Shown one piece after another: positions 9,418-17,455 of a stretch of DNA of 60,575 nt. The notes beneath the pieces were generated by a model. It saw only the letters and a program-made list of their open reading frames with translations, did no database searches and had not been told where the DNA came from. The translations under genes and the position numbers were made by a program. The stretch is from Sphingomonadales bacterium. Its GTDB lineage: Bacteria; Pseudomonadota; Alphaproteobacteria; Sphingomonadales; Sphingomonadaceae. How positions within the stretch are numbered: position 1 is the stretch's first letter; each line of letters opens with the position of its first letter. Location: contig JBBRUU010000001.1 of assembly GCA_038247515.1 (NCBI GenBank), positions 1 through 60,575 of the forward strand. Reading direction: 5' to 3'.

Positions 9418-11261
9418 ACGCTCCCATGACTGCACCGCCGGCCCCTCCGGCCGAAAGCGAGCGCGTGTTCAATCCCATCGGGGGCCTAATCGCCTTACTC
9501 TCGCCGCGCGACCGCGTGAACGCTCTGATCCTGTTCGGAATGATGCTGATCGGCGCGCTGCTCGAAATCGCGGGGCTTGCCGCCGTGCCCGCCTTCGTCA
9601 GCGCGGTGGTCGACCGCGAGGCGATGCTGCGCCTGCCGATCTTCGGCCCGCTTCTGCAAGGCGTTACAGCCGACCTCGACAGCGCCGAGCTGGTGATCTG
9701 GGGGGCGGCGGCGCTGCTCGCGATCTTCGCGATCAAGAACGGCTTCCTCGCGCTGAATTACTGGGCGCAAATCCGCTACGTCTCGAACCGCCGCATTTCG
9801 ATCTCCGGGCGGTTGATGCGCGCCTACATGAACGCGCCTTACACCTTCTTCCTCGAACGCAACCGCTCGGAATTGCTGCGCAACGTCGACAGCGAGGTGC
9901 AAACCGTGTGCTACAACGTGATCAGCACAATGCTCGAGCTGTGCACGCGCCTGGTGATCGTGATCGCGGTGCTCGGCTTCCTGCTGTTCGTCGAGCCGGC
10001 CATCACGATGGCGTGGATCGTGTTCCTCGGCGTGGTCGGCTTCCTCGCGCTGCGCGGGGTTACCGGCCGGCTACGGCGCTACGGGTTGATGCAGCAACAG
10101 CATCGCACGGTCTTCAACCAGAACCTCATGCAGGCATTCGGCGGTATCAAGGAAATCCGCACACTGGGCCGCGAGGAGTTTTTCACCGGCAAGGTAATGG
10201 GCGCGGTCGGCGAGGTCACTCGCGCCAACGGCTTCAAGCTGTTCGTCATGAAGGTCATCCCGCCGGCTTCCGAGATGGTGGCGATGATCGGCCTGCTCGC
10301 GCTCGCCTGCGCGCTGGTGCTGCAAGGCCGCACGACCGAGAGTATCCTTGTCACCCTTTCGCTGTTCGTGGTCGGGCTCGTCCGCCTGCGCGAAGCGTCG
10401 AGCGCGGCGATGAACCAGTTTGCGGACCTGCGCTACAGCCTCGTCTCGATCGAGCCGATCATCCGCGATCTGGCGCTGCTCGGCGATGCGCCAGAGCGGA
10501 CCGCCCACGTCGCGGGCACCGTTGACCGCGCGCGACCGCATGGCGTAATCGGCATCGAGGGCGTGTGGCACCGCTACGACAGCGCGCCCGACTTCGCCTT
10601 GAAGGGCATCGACATCGCCATCCCCGTCGGCACGGCGGTCGGCCTTGTCGGCAGCACCGGCGCGGGCAAATCGACCGTCGTCGACGTATTGCTCGGCCTG
10701 CTCACACCTGAGCGTGGCGGATTGGTGATCGACGGGCACCGGCTCGACGAGGCTGAACTCAGACGCTGGCGCACACAGGTCGGCTATGTGCCGCAGTCGA
10801 TCTATCTCCTAGACGATACCATCAGGCGCAACATCGCGCTCGGCATCGAGGACGGCGACGTTGACGACGAAGCTCTCGCCAAGGCCGTGCGCCTCGCCCA
10901 GCTGGATCGCTTCATCGACCGCCAGGCCGAGGGCCTCGACACTATCGTCGGCGAAAGCGGCGTGCGTATTTCGGGCGGCGAGCGCCAGCGCATCGGCATC
11001 GCCCGCGCGCTGTATCACGATCCGGCAATCCTGATCCTCGACGAGGCCACCAGCGCGCTCGACAACACCACCGAACGCGCGGTGATCGAAGCGGTCGATG
11101 GCATGAAGGGCGATCGTACCGTGGTGATGATCGCGCACCGCCTTTCCACCGTGCGCGGCTGCGAGACGCTCTACTATCTCAAGGACGGCCGGGTCGAAGG
11201 TATGGGCGATTACGACAGCCTCAGGCAGGGCCACCGGGAATTCCGCGAGATGGCCGCATGA
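9414..11261 (+). CDS. ABC transporter, fused permease/ATPase (PglK/HepA-like glycan exporter)
   Basis: TM domain plus Walker A GSTGAGKS, signature ISGGERQR, Walker B ILDEATSALD, IAHRLST. Confidence 0.9.
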   Translation: MNAPMTAPPAPPAESERVFNPIGGLIALLSPRDRVNALILFGMMLIGALLEIAGLAAVPAFVSAVVDREAMLRLPIFGPLLQGVTADLDSAELVIWGAAALLAIFAIKNGFLALNYWAQIRYVSNRRISISGRLMRAYMNAPYTFFLERNRSELLRNVDSEVQTVCYNVISTMLELCTRLVIVIAVLGFLLFVEPAITMAWIVFLGVVGFLALRGVTGRLRRYGLMQQQHRTVFNQNLMQAFGGIKEIRTLGREEFFTGKVMGAVGEVTRANGFKLFVMKVIPPASEMVAMIGLLALACALVLQGRTTESILVTLSLFVVGLVRLREASSAAMNQFADLRYSLVSIEPIIRDLALLGDAPERTAHVAGTVDRARPHGVIGIEGVWHRYDSAPDFALKGIDIAIPVGTAVGLVGSTGAGKSTVVDVLLGLLTPERGGLVIDGHRLDEAELRRWRTQVGYVPQSIYLLDDTIRRNIALGIEDGDVDDEALAKAVRLAQLDRFIDRQAEGLDTIVGESGVRISGGERQRIGIARALYHDPAILILDEATSALDNTTERAVIEAVDGMKGDRTVVMIAHRLSTVRGCETLYYLKDGRVEGMGDYDSLRQGHREFREMAA

Positions 11262-11463
11262 CCGATCGCTTCATCTCCGATCGTCTCGTCGCAGGGGAAA
11301 GGCGCTCTCCCGCTAATCCAACCCATTTAAGCGCGGTTCGTCGCACTTGGGAACATTAGCCCGGCTGAAGCGCGGAGCGGTGCGCCCGCAGGACCAGCAC
11401 GAAACGCCCTGCTCCAGCACCGCCCATCCGCCACCCGTTCATGCACAGGAGGAGCGACACATT

Positions 11464-12426
11464 ATGGCAACCGCGCCGACCTTTGCTTATCACGCGCCCC
11501 AGAGCATTCCGCGCGCCCCGCGCGCGCCGCATCCCCGTGCCCGGGCGCTGCACATTGCAGGTGCGGTATCTGCGGCGGTATTGCTTGCCATCCCCTTCGT
11601 CGCTGTCCAGCAAGGTGATCCCGGCAGCGCCGCGGCAGCGCTCATGCCGCTCCCTTCGGTCCGTCCGATCAGCGCCGGCCAGGCGCACAGCGCGCCCGGC
11701 GAGATCACACCGGCCGCCTTTGCCATCGACGCTGCCAAGCCTTTCATCCCCAGTTATGGCGATGCGGCAAGCGCCGCGCGGGCCGAAAATTGCCTCACCG
11801 AAGCAATCTATTACGAAGGCGCGCTTGAGCCAGAACGCGGCCAGCGCGCCATCGCGCAGGTGGTGCTCAACCGCGTGCGCCACCCCGCCTATCCCGACAC
11901 GGTATGCGGCGTGGTGTTCCAGGGCCAGGAACGCTCGACCGGTTGCCAGTTCACCTTCACCTGCGACGGCGCCCGCGCGCGTGCGCCGGTGCCGAGCATT
12001 TGGCGCCGCGCCAACCTGATCGCCAAGGCGGCATTGGGCGGAGCGGTCGAGGCCGACGTCGGCCTCGCGACCCATTACCACGCCGATTACGTGATGCCCT
12101 ATTGGAGCGCCTCGCTCGACGGCGAGGGCCAGATCGGTCGGCACCTGTTCTACCGCTGGAAAGGCGGGGCAGGACAAGCCGGAGCCTTCTCGATGCGCTA
12201 TTCGGGACGTGAACCGCTGATCGCCGCATGGTTACCGCGCGCTGTCGCTCCCGCAGCCTCCACCATCCAGACGGCTGCCGCCGCGGCAGTGGGCGGCCCG
12301 ATCACGGGAACATTCGCTGCGCCCGGCGGCTCGCCGGGTAACATTATCACTGCGGCGTCTGCGCCCGCCCCGTTTAAGGCGCGGCCACTCCTACTGGCCC
12401 CCAAACCGGCGGACGGCCTCAAGTGA
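11464..12426 (+). CDS. Cell wall hydrolase, SleB/Hydrolase_2 family
   Basis: CLTEAIYYE, AQVVLNRVRHPAYPDTVCGVVFQG, CQFTFTCDG, ATHYHADYV; RBS GGAGGAG. Confidence 0.9.
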   Translation: MATAPTFAYHAPQSIPRAPRAPHPRARALHIAGAVSAAVLLAIPFVAVQQGDPGSAAAALMPLPSVRPISAGQAHSAPGEITPAAFAIDAAKPFIPSYGDAASAARAENCLTEAIYYEGALEPERGQRAIAQVVLNRVRHPAYPDTVCGVVFQGQERSTGCQFTFTCDGARARAPVPSIWRRANLIAKAALGGAVEADVGLATHYHADYVMPYWSASLDGEGQIGRHLFYRWKGGAGQAGAFSMRYSGREPLIAAWLPRAVAPAASTIQTAAAAAVGGPITGTFAAPGGSPGNIITAASAPAPFKARPLLLAPKPADGLK

Positions 12427-12905
12427 GATCGGCGCGCACGGCGGCGTTGATCCTGATTATCGGGGGCAGCATGACGCTGCTCGCGCCCCGCGCCGTTCAG
12501 GCGCAATCCGCTGAAACCGACGCGGTGTCAGGGTTCGAATCCGCCGGCGACCTGCTGCGGAAGTGCAAGGAGAGTTCGAGCTATTCGCGCAACTTCTGCT
12601 TTGCCTATCTTGCCGCAGTGGCGGACTCGGCGCGGTCCTACCGGATCTGGATCGGATCGGGAGATCCCTGCCTGCCGTCCGGCCTGACGCTCGGGCGGCT
12701 CGCCGATCTCTTCGAGGCCTATCTGATCGCCAATCCATCGCTGACCAAGGCGCAGGCCGCGTCGGTGATCGTTGCCAGCTTGCAGGAAACTTTCCCCTGC
12801 CCGGCACCGCCGCAGGTGGCTAGTTCATTCCCTGCGCCCATCCCTGCTCCTGCTTCTGCTTCTGCTTCTGCGCCTGCTCTGGCCTCTGTCAAGCCGTCAA
12901 AGTAG
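12423..12905 (+). CDS. Rap1a/Tai-like periplasmic immunity-fold protein
   Basis: Signal peptide; GDLLRKC...C-x-x-YLAAVAD...CLP...YLIANP...LQETFPC four-Cys pattern; GTGA overlap with hydrolase stop. Confidence 0.7.
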   Translation: MRSARTAALILIIGGSMTLLAPRAVQAQSAETDAVSGFESAGDLLRKCKESSSYSRNFCFAYLAAVADSARSYRIWIGSGDPCLPSGLTLGRLADLFEAYLIANPSLTKAQAASVIVASLQETFPCPAPPQVASSFPAPIPAPASASASAPALASVKPSK

Positions 12906-13103
12906 CGCGCGGCCGATCAGGAAGGCGCCGGTCCACAGCACCACCGGCATCCCCAGCCACAACAGCACCCGGACCCAGCGCGGGAATTTTTCCTGACTGC
13001 GGCCCACCCTCACCCGGCGTTTACGGCGAATTGGCGAATCGGCAGGTTGATCGACTGCACGGTCGATCAGGGCTTCCCCACTTGTCCCGCTCTTGGTGAC
13101 CAT
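12897..13103 (-). CDS. Small hypothetical membrane protein
   Basis: 68 aa; basic patch RRKRRVRV then one C-terminal TM helix. Confidence 0.5.
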   Translation of the reverse strand: MVTKSGTSGEALIDRAVDQPADSPIRRKRRVRVGRSQEKFPRWVRVLLWLGMPVVLWTGAFLIGRALL

Positions 13104-13319
13104 AGTCCTATCCCACGTTATTTTTTGCGCCGTATATCAACGACGGATCGTTGCGTGCCAGCCGTGACCGGCAGGGTGGTGAAGCACTTTGTTAACTTAT
13201 CGTAAGGCCCTTTGCGCGCGCCCTTCATAAAAGGCCGATGCGCAAGGGGTGAGTCCTTATCGCACATTTTCAAACCTAGTGGATCGCGATGATCCGGCAA
13301 GCTCGAAAGGCTTGGGGCA

Positions 13320-14006
13320 ATGTTTATCGACCCGCGCAATCCGTTCCCGTTAGATCCCGGCATGAAGGCTTCCGGCAGGGCCACGGGCACTTGGCCGGCA
13401 GGCGTGCTTTCCCGCGCGCTCGACATCCTCATCGCCTCTGTCGCCCTATTGTTCTTCCTGCCCGTGTTTCTGCTGATCGCGATTGCGATCACGGTCGCCG
13501 ATCCGGGTCCGGTGTTCTTCCAGCACCGGCGCGTCGGCCTCGGCGGACGCACTTTCGGCTGCTGGAAGTTCCGCAGCATGGTGATCGGTGCAGAAGCGCG
13601 GCTCGCAGCGATTCTTGCCGCCGATCCCGAAGCGCAGCGCGAATGGGCCGAGACCCAGAAGCTGACCGATGATCCGCGCGTGACGCGGCTGGGCGACTTC
13701 CTCCGCCGCTCCAGCCTTGATGAACTGCCGCAGCTTTTCAACGTACTGATGGGTGAGATGAGCATCGTCGGCCCGCGCCCGATCGTCGAGGACGAGGCGG
13801 CGCGCTATGGCCAGCATTTTGCGGTCTACTGTCTGGTGCGCCCCGGCATCACCGGCTTGTGGCAAATCTCGGGCCGCAGCGACGTCCAGTATTTCGAGCG
13901 CGTCCTGCTCGACGTGCGCTATGTCAGCAGCCGGACCATGCTGCGCGACCTGCGGATCATCGTGCTGACCGTGCCCAGCGTGCTGGCGGCACGCGGATCG
14001 CGCTAA
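13320..14006 (+). CDS. Priming sugar (undecaprenyl-phosphate) transferase, ExoY-like
   Basis: KFRSM, DDPRVTRLG, SLDELPQLFNVLMGEMSIVGPRP, RPGITGLWQ. Confidence 0.92.
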   Translation: MFIDPRNPFPLDPGMKASGRATGTWPAGVLSRALDILIASVALLFFLPVFLLIAIAITVADPGPVFFQHRRVGLGGRTFGCWKFRSMVIGAEARLAAILAADPEAQREWAETQKLTDDPRVTRLGDFLRRSSLDELPQLFNVLMGEMSIVGPRPIVEDEAARYGQHFAVYCLVRPGITGLWQISGRSDVQYFERVLLDVRYVSSRTMLRDLRIIVLTVPSVLAARGSR

Positions 14007-14022
14007 GACAGGCGGGGCGGTC

Positions 14023-14112
14023 AAGACCACCTCCAAGCGTGGTCTAGACCCCTTCTAGAGCGGTTTAGACCCCCTCTAGACCACTGTTAGACCCCTTTTA
14101 GGGGGCTCCAGA
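14023..14112. repeat. Degenerate 10-11 bp tandem array, core TAGACC
   Basis: TAG at 14045, 14056, 14066, 14077, 14088, 14099; weaker copies at 14023, 14034, 14109. Confidence 0.8.
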
Positions 14113-14116
14113 ACAC

Positions 14117-14132
14117 TGTTTCACGTGGAACC
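14117..14132. promoter_or_regulatory. parS-like ParB-binding palindrome
   Basis: TGTTTCACGTGGAACC; reverse complement GGTTCCACGTGAAACA differs from consensus TGTTNCACGTGAAACA only at position 1; intergenic. Confidence 0.6.
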
Positions 14133-14362
14133 GAAGGTCTGCGGAGCAGAAACACGCCGCATTTCGAACCTTTTCGGGTCGGAACGCGGGCTCTTTTTGG
14201 GGCAACGTCACTTTTGACGGGCGTTTTGGAGTGTTTGGCGCTATGGGCCAGGAACAATCATGCGGGGCCCGTCCGGCACCGCCCCTATACACCCCCAAGC
14301 TTCCTGTCCGTATCCGCGCCCCTCATGCGCCCGGCGAGCCGTTTCAGACGAGTCCCCTCCCC

Positions 14363-16159
14363 ATGACTATGCCCACCTTCCCCGCCCTTCCCGCCACCAT
14401 CGAAGCCGCCCTGACCGAGCGCGGTTACGAGACCGCCACCCCCGTTCAGGCCGAAGTCCTGCGTCCCGAAGCGCTAGGCCGCGACCTTATCGTCTCGGCC
14501 CAGACGGGCTCGGGCAAGACGGTCGCATTTGGTCTTGCGATGGCGCCGCAGCTGCTTGATGATGCTGGCAAAATCGGCTTTGTCCAGACACCCCGTGCGC
14601 TGGTCGTCACCCCGACGCGCGAGCTCGCCTTGCAGGTCAGCCGCGAGCTTGAATGGCTTTACGCCCGCACCGGCGCCCGCGTTGCAACCTGCGTCGGCGG
14701 GATGAATCCCTCGGCCGAGCGCAAGGTGCTCCAGTCCGGCCCCGCGATCGTGGTCGGCACCCCCGGGCGGCTCCGCGACCACTTCGAGCGCGGCGCGCTG
14801 AACCTCGCGCAGCTTGCCGTCGCGGTGCTGGATGAAGCCGACGAAATGCTCGATATGGGCTTTCGCGAAGAGCTCGAAGCGATCCTCGATGGCACCCCTG
14901 AAGGCCGCCGTACGCTGCTGTTCTCGGCGACCATGCCGCGCCCCATCGAAGCGCTTGCCCGCCGCTACCAGACCGACGCGCTGCGCATCGCCACCATCTC
15001 TGAAGGCCGCGGCCACGGCGACATCGCCTATCAGGCCGTAACCGTCTCCCCGCCCGAGGTGGAGAACGCGGTGGTCAACCTGCTGCGCTTCCACGAGCCG
15101 GAAACCGCGATCCTGTTCTGCGCCACGCGCGAGAAGGTGCGCCACCTCCACGCGACCTTGCAGGAGCGCGGCTTTGCCGTCGTCGCCCTGTCGGGCGAGC
15201 ATTCGCAGCAGGAGCGCAACCAGGCACTGCAAGCCCTGCGCGACGGCCGCGTCCGCGTCTGCGTCGCCACCGATGTCGCCGCGCGCGGGATCGACCTTCC
15301 CACGCTCAGCCTCGTCGTCCACGTCGAAATCCCGCGCGATGCGGAAGCGCTGCAGCACCGTTCGGGCCGCACGGGCCGCGCCGGGCGCAAGGGCATCGCG
15401 GTGCTGATCGTGCCCTTCTCCGCCCGCCGCCGCGTCGAGCAGATGCTCGGCCGCGCGCAGATCAATGCCGAGTGGCAGGATGTCCCCGACCGCGAAGCCA
15501 TCGCAATACGCGACCGCGAGCGCCTGCTCGGCAAGCTCCTCGCGCCGACCGAGTTCGACGAGGCCGACCGCGATCTCGCCCAGCAGCTCCTCGCCCAGCG
15601 TAGCCCTGAGGATATCGCCGCGATGCTCGTCCACGCCCACCGCGCGCGGATGCCCGAGCCCGAAGACCTCATCGCCAATTCGCGCGAGGCCCGCGCCGAC
15701 GCGCAGAAGGAGCGTCACCGCCCCGGTTTCGAGGACACGGTGTGGTTCCGCATGGATATCGGCCGCAGCCAGAACGCCGACCCGCGCTGGCTGCTGCCGC
15801 TGATCTGCCGCCGCGGCCATATCACCCGCAACGAGATCGGCGCGATCCGCATCGGCCAGGCCGAGACCTATTTCCAGATCCCGCGTGCCATCGCCGACAA
15901 ATATGCCGACGCAGCGGCGCGCACCGGCGAGGCTGACGGCGAGGAAGAGGCGCTGCTGATCGAACGCTCCGAAGCCGGCCCGCGCGAAGCCGCGCGCAGC
16001 AATCGCCAGCTGCGTCCCTCGCGCAGTTCTGCCGATAATGCCTTCGTGAAGGCCAAGCCTTCGCCGCGCAAATTCAACAACGGCAACACTGGCACAAAGC
16101 CCGGCTCGGGCCCCAAACCGGGCAAGCCGGCGCACAAGCGCAATTTCAAGCAGACCTGA
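14363..16159 (+). CDS. deaD: DEAD-box RNA helicase with DbpA-type RNA-binding domain
   Basis: Q motif, AQTGSGKT, PTRELA, TPGR, DEAD, SAT, ARGID, HRSGRTGRAG; start 14363 or 14369. Confidence 0.9.
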   Translation: MTMPTFPALPATIEAALTERGYETATPVQAEVLRPEALGRDLIVSAQTGSGKTVAFGLAMAPQLLDDAGKIGFVQTPRALVVTPTRELALQVSRELEWLYARTGARVATCVGGMNPSAERKVLQSGPAIVVGTPGRLRDHFERGALNLAQLAVAVLDEADEMLDMGFREELEAILDGTPEGRRTLLFSATMPRPIEALARRYQTDALRIATISEGRGHGDIAYQAVTVSPPEVENAVVNLLRFHEPETAILFCATREKVRHLHATLQERGFAVVALSGEHSQQERNQALQALRDGRVRVCVATDVAARGIDLPTLSLVVHVEIPRDAEALQHRSGRTGRAGRKGIAVLIVPFSARRRVEQMLGRAQINAEWQDVPDREAIAIRDRERLLGKLLAPTEFDEADRDLAQQLLAQRSPEDIAAMLVHAHRARMPEPEDLIANSREARADAQKERHRPGFEDTVWFRMDIGRSQNADPRWLLPLICRRGHITRNEIGAIRIGQAETYFQIPRAIADKYADAAARTGEADGEEEALLIERSEAGPREAARSNRQLRPSRSSADNAFVKAKPSPRKFNNGNTGTKPGSGPKPGKPAHKRNFKQT

Positions 16160-17436
16160 GCGCCGCCCGCTGGCCGCGCAGCCTTAGGGTTGGCCGGGCA
16201 TATGACCTTGAGCGGCCCGAGGTTCGCGCTCAAGGGCCGCCCCCCGGTCCATGACCGCGCCGTGATCGACACGGTGAGGTAGGGGCACGGCGGCACCCGC
16301 TCGACCGCAAAGGCGCTTTGCGTTCCCGTAAAGGCGCTCTGGAAGAAGGGCTCGGCCTGTCCCTGACATGCGATCGCCAGCTTCAAGTCGCCGGTTTGCG
16401 AGGCTGGGTCGACCTCGTGCGACAGACGCATGGCAAAAGGGCCGCCCGGATTGCGCAGCATCCGCCCTGCGATGACCCCGCCGTTGCCGGGTTTGACATC
16501 GACCTCCAAAGACTCCGGAGTACCGCCCGCCTGCGCGCGGAAACCCGGTTGGTCCGCGATCTGCCAGTCGAACGGAGGGTAATCCGCCTTCCACGCTCCT
16601 GCGCCCTTGGACAAAGCGCGGGCGCCTGCGACCTTGGCATAAATGCGCTCGGCGCTCGCGATCCGGCCGCTCTGGGCAAGCTGTGCGATCAGCTTGCGGT
16701 CAAACTCGGGGTCGTCGATCACGATACGCTCGCGCACTACGGCGAGATTTTCGAGCGCAGTTCCATCGGCGACGGCGAAGTTCAGGAAGCTTTCGCGCCA
16801 CGGCAGGGGCCGCGCCAGCAGTCTGGCCAATCCGGGAACCGCGGCCGGTTGTCCCAAGGCCTTGGCGAGGACCGGGAAGAACTCCTCCCGCCGCTCGGGA
16901 TGGACCCGCAAGATCTCGTCGAGTGTGTCGATCGCGCCGAGATAATTTCCGGCCTTGCCGCGTTCCTCCAGCACCAGCACCTGAAGGACCGGGTCGCGCC
17001 GGGTGAGCTGCGCCGCCCCTTCGATAAACGCCTTGCGCCGTGCCGGATCAGTCTCGGCCAGCGCCAGCAGAACGTAAGCGCTCGGCGCAAGCGGCTCGCG
17101 CCGGATCGCCTCGCGCGCCTGATCTGTTGCCGCGCCGGCATAGCGCGTAAGATCCGCCATGCTCGGCAAGCTGCGCGGCGAAGCTCCGGCACCATCCGCT
17201 GGCGTTTGCAGCCCGGCATCGGCAGGCAGACCCGCCGCCTGCCTGACGCCGGCAGACATTGTGCGGTAGGCCGCCTTCTCGCTGGCCAGGCCGTTCCACA
17301 GGAACACCGTGAGCGCACGCTCGGGCGAAGCCTTCAAGGCGGCGCTGCTAAGGGCCTGTGCCCCCGACAGGGCTGCGAGCGGGAGCGCGATCAGGCTCGC
17401 CAGAAGCACCCTTGCCAGGCCGGGCGGCGGGCTCAT
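15868..17436 (-). CDS. Hypothetical membrane-anchored TPR-like protein downstream of wzc; 3' end probably extended by frameshift
   Basis: ATG 17436 (MSPPPGLARVLL), N-terminal TM, helical repeats, YPPFDW motif; last 292 bp overlap deaD convergently. Confidence 0.65.
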   Translation of the reverse strand: MSPPPGLARVLLASLIALPLAALSGAQALSSAALKASPERALTVFLWNGLASEKAAYRTMSAGVRQAAGLPADAGLQTPADGAGASPRSLPSMADLTRYAGAATDQAREAIRREPLAPSAYVLLALAETDPARRKAFIEGAAQLTRRDPVLQVLVLEERGKAGNYLGAIDTLDEILRVHPERREEFFPVLAKALGQPAAVPGLARLLARPLPWRESFLNFAVADGTALENLAVVRERIVIDDPEFDRKLIAQLAQSGRIASAERIYAKVAGARALSKGAGAWKADYPPFDWQIADQPGFRAQAGGTPESLEVDVKPGNGGVIAGRMLRNPGGPFAMRLSHEVDPASQTGDLKLAIACQGQAEPFFQSAFTGTQSAFAVERVPPCPYLTVSITARSWTGGRPLSANLGPLKVICPANPKAARPAGGAQVCLKLRLCAGLPGLGPEPGFVPVLPLLNLRGEGLAFTKALSAELREGRSWRLLRAASRGPASERSISSASSSPSASPVRAAASAYLSAMARGIWK

Positions 17437-17455
17437 CGGCTCGCTCCGCCCGGTG

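Noticed and set aside
14023-14112. CRISPR array
   Set aside because: Units are 10-11 bp with no spacers, and no cas genes are present
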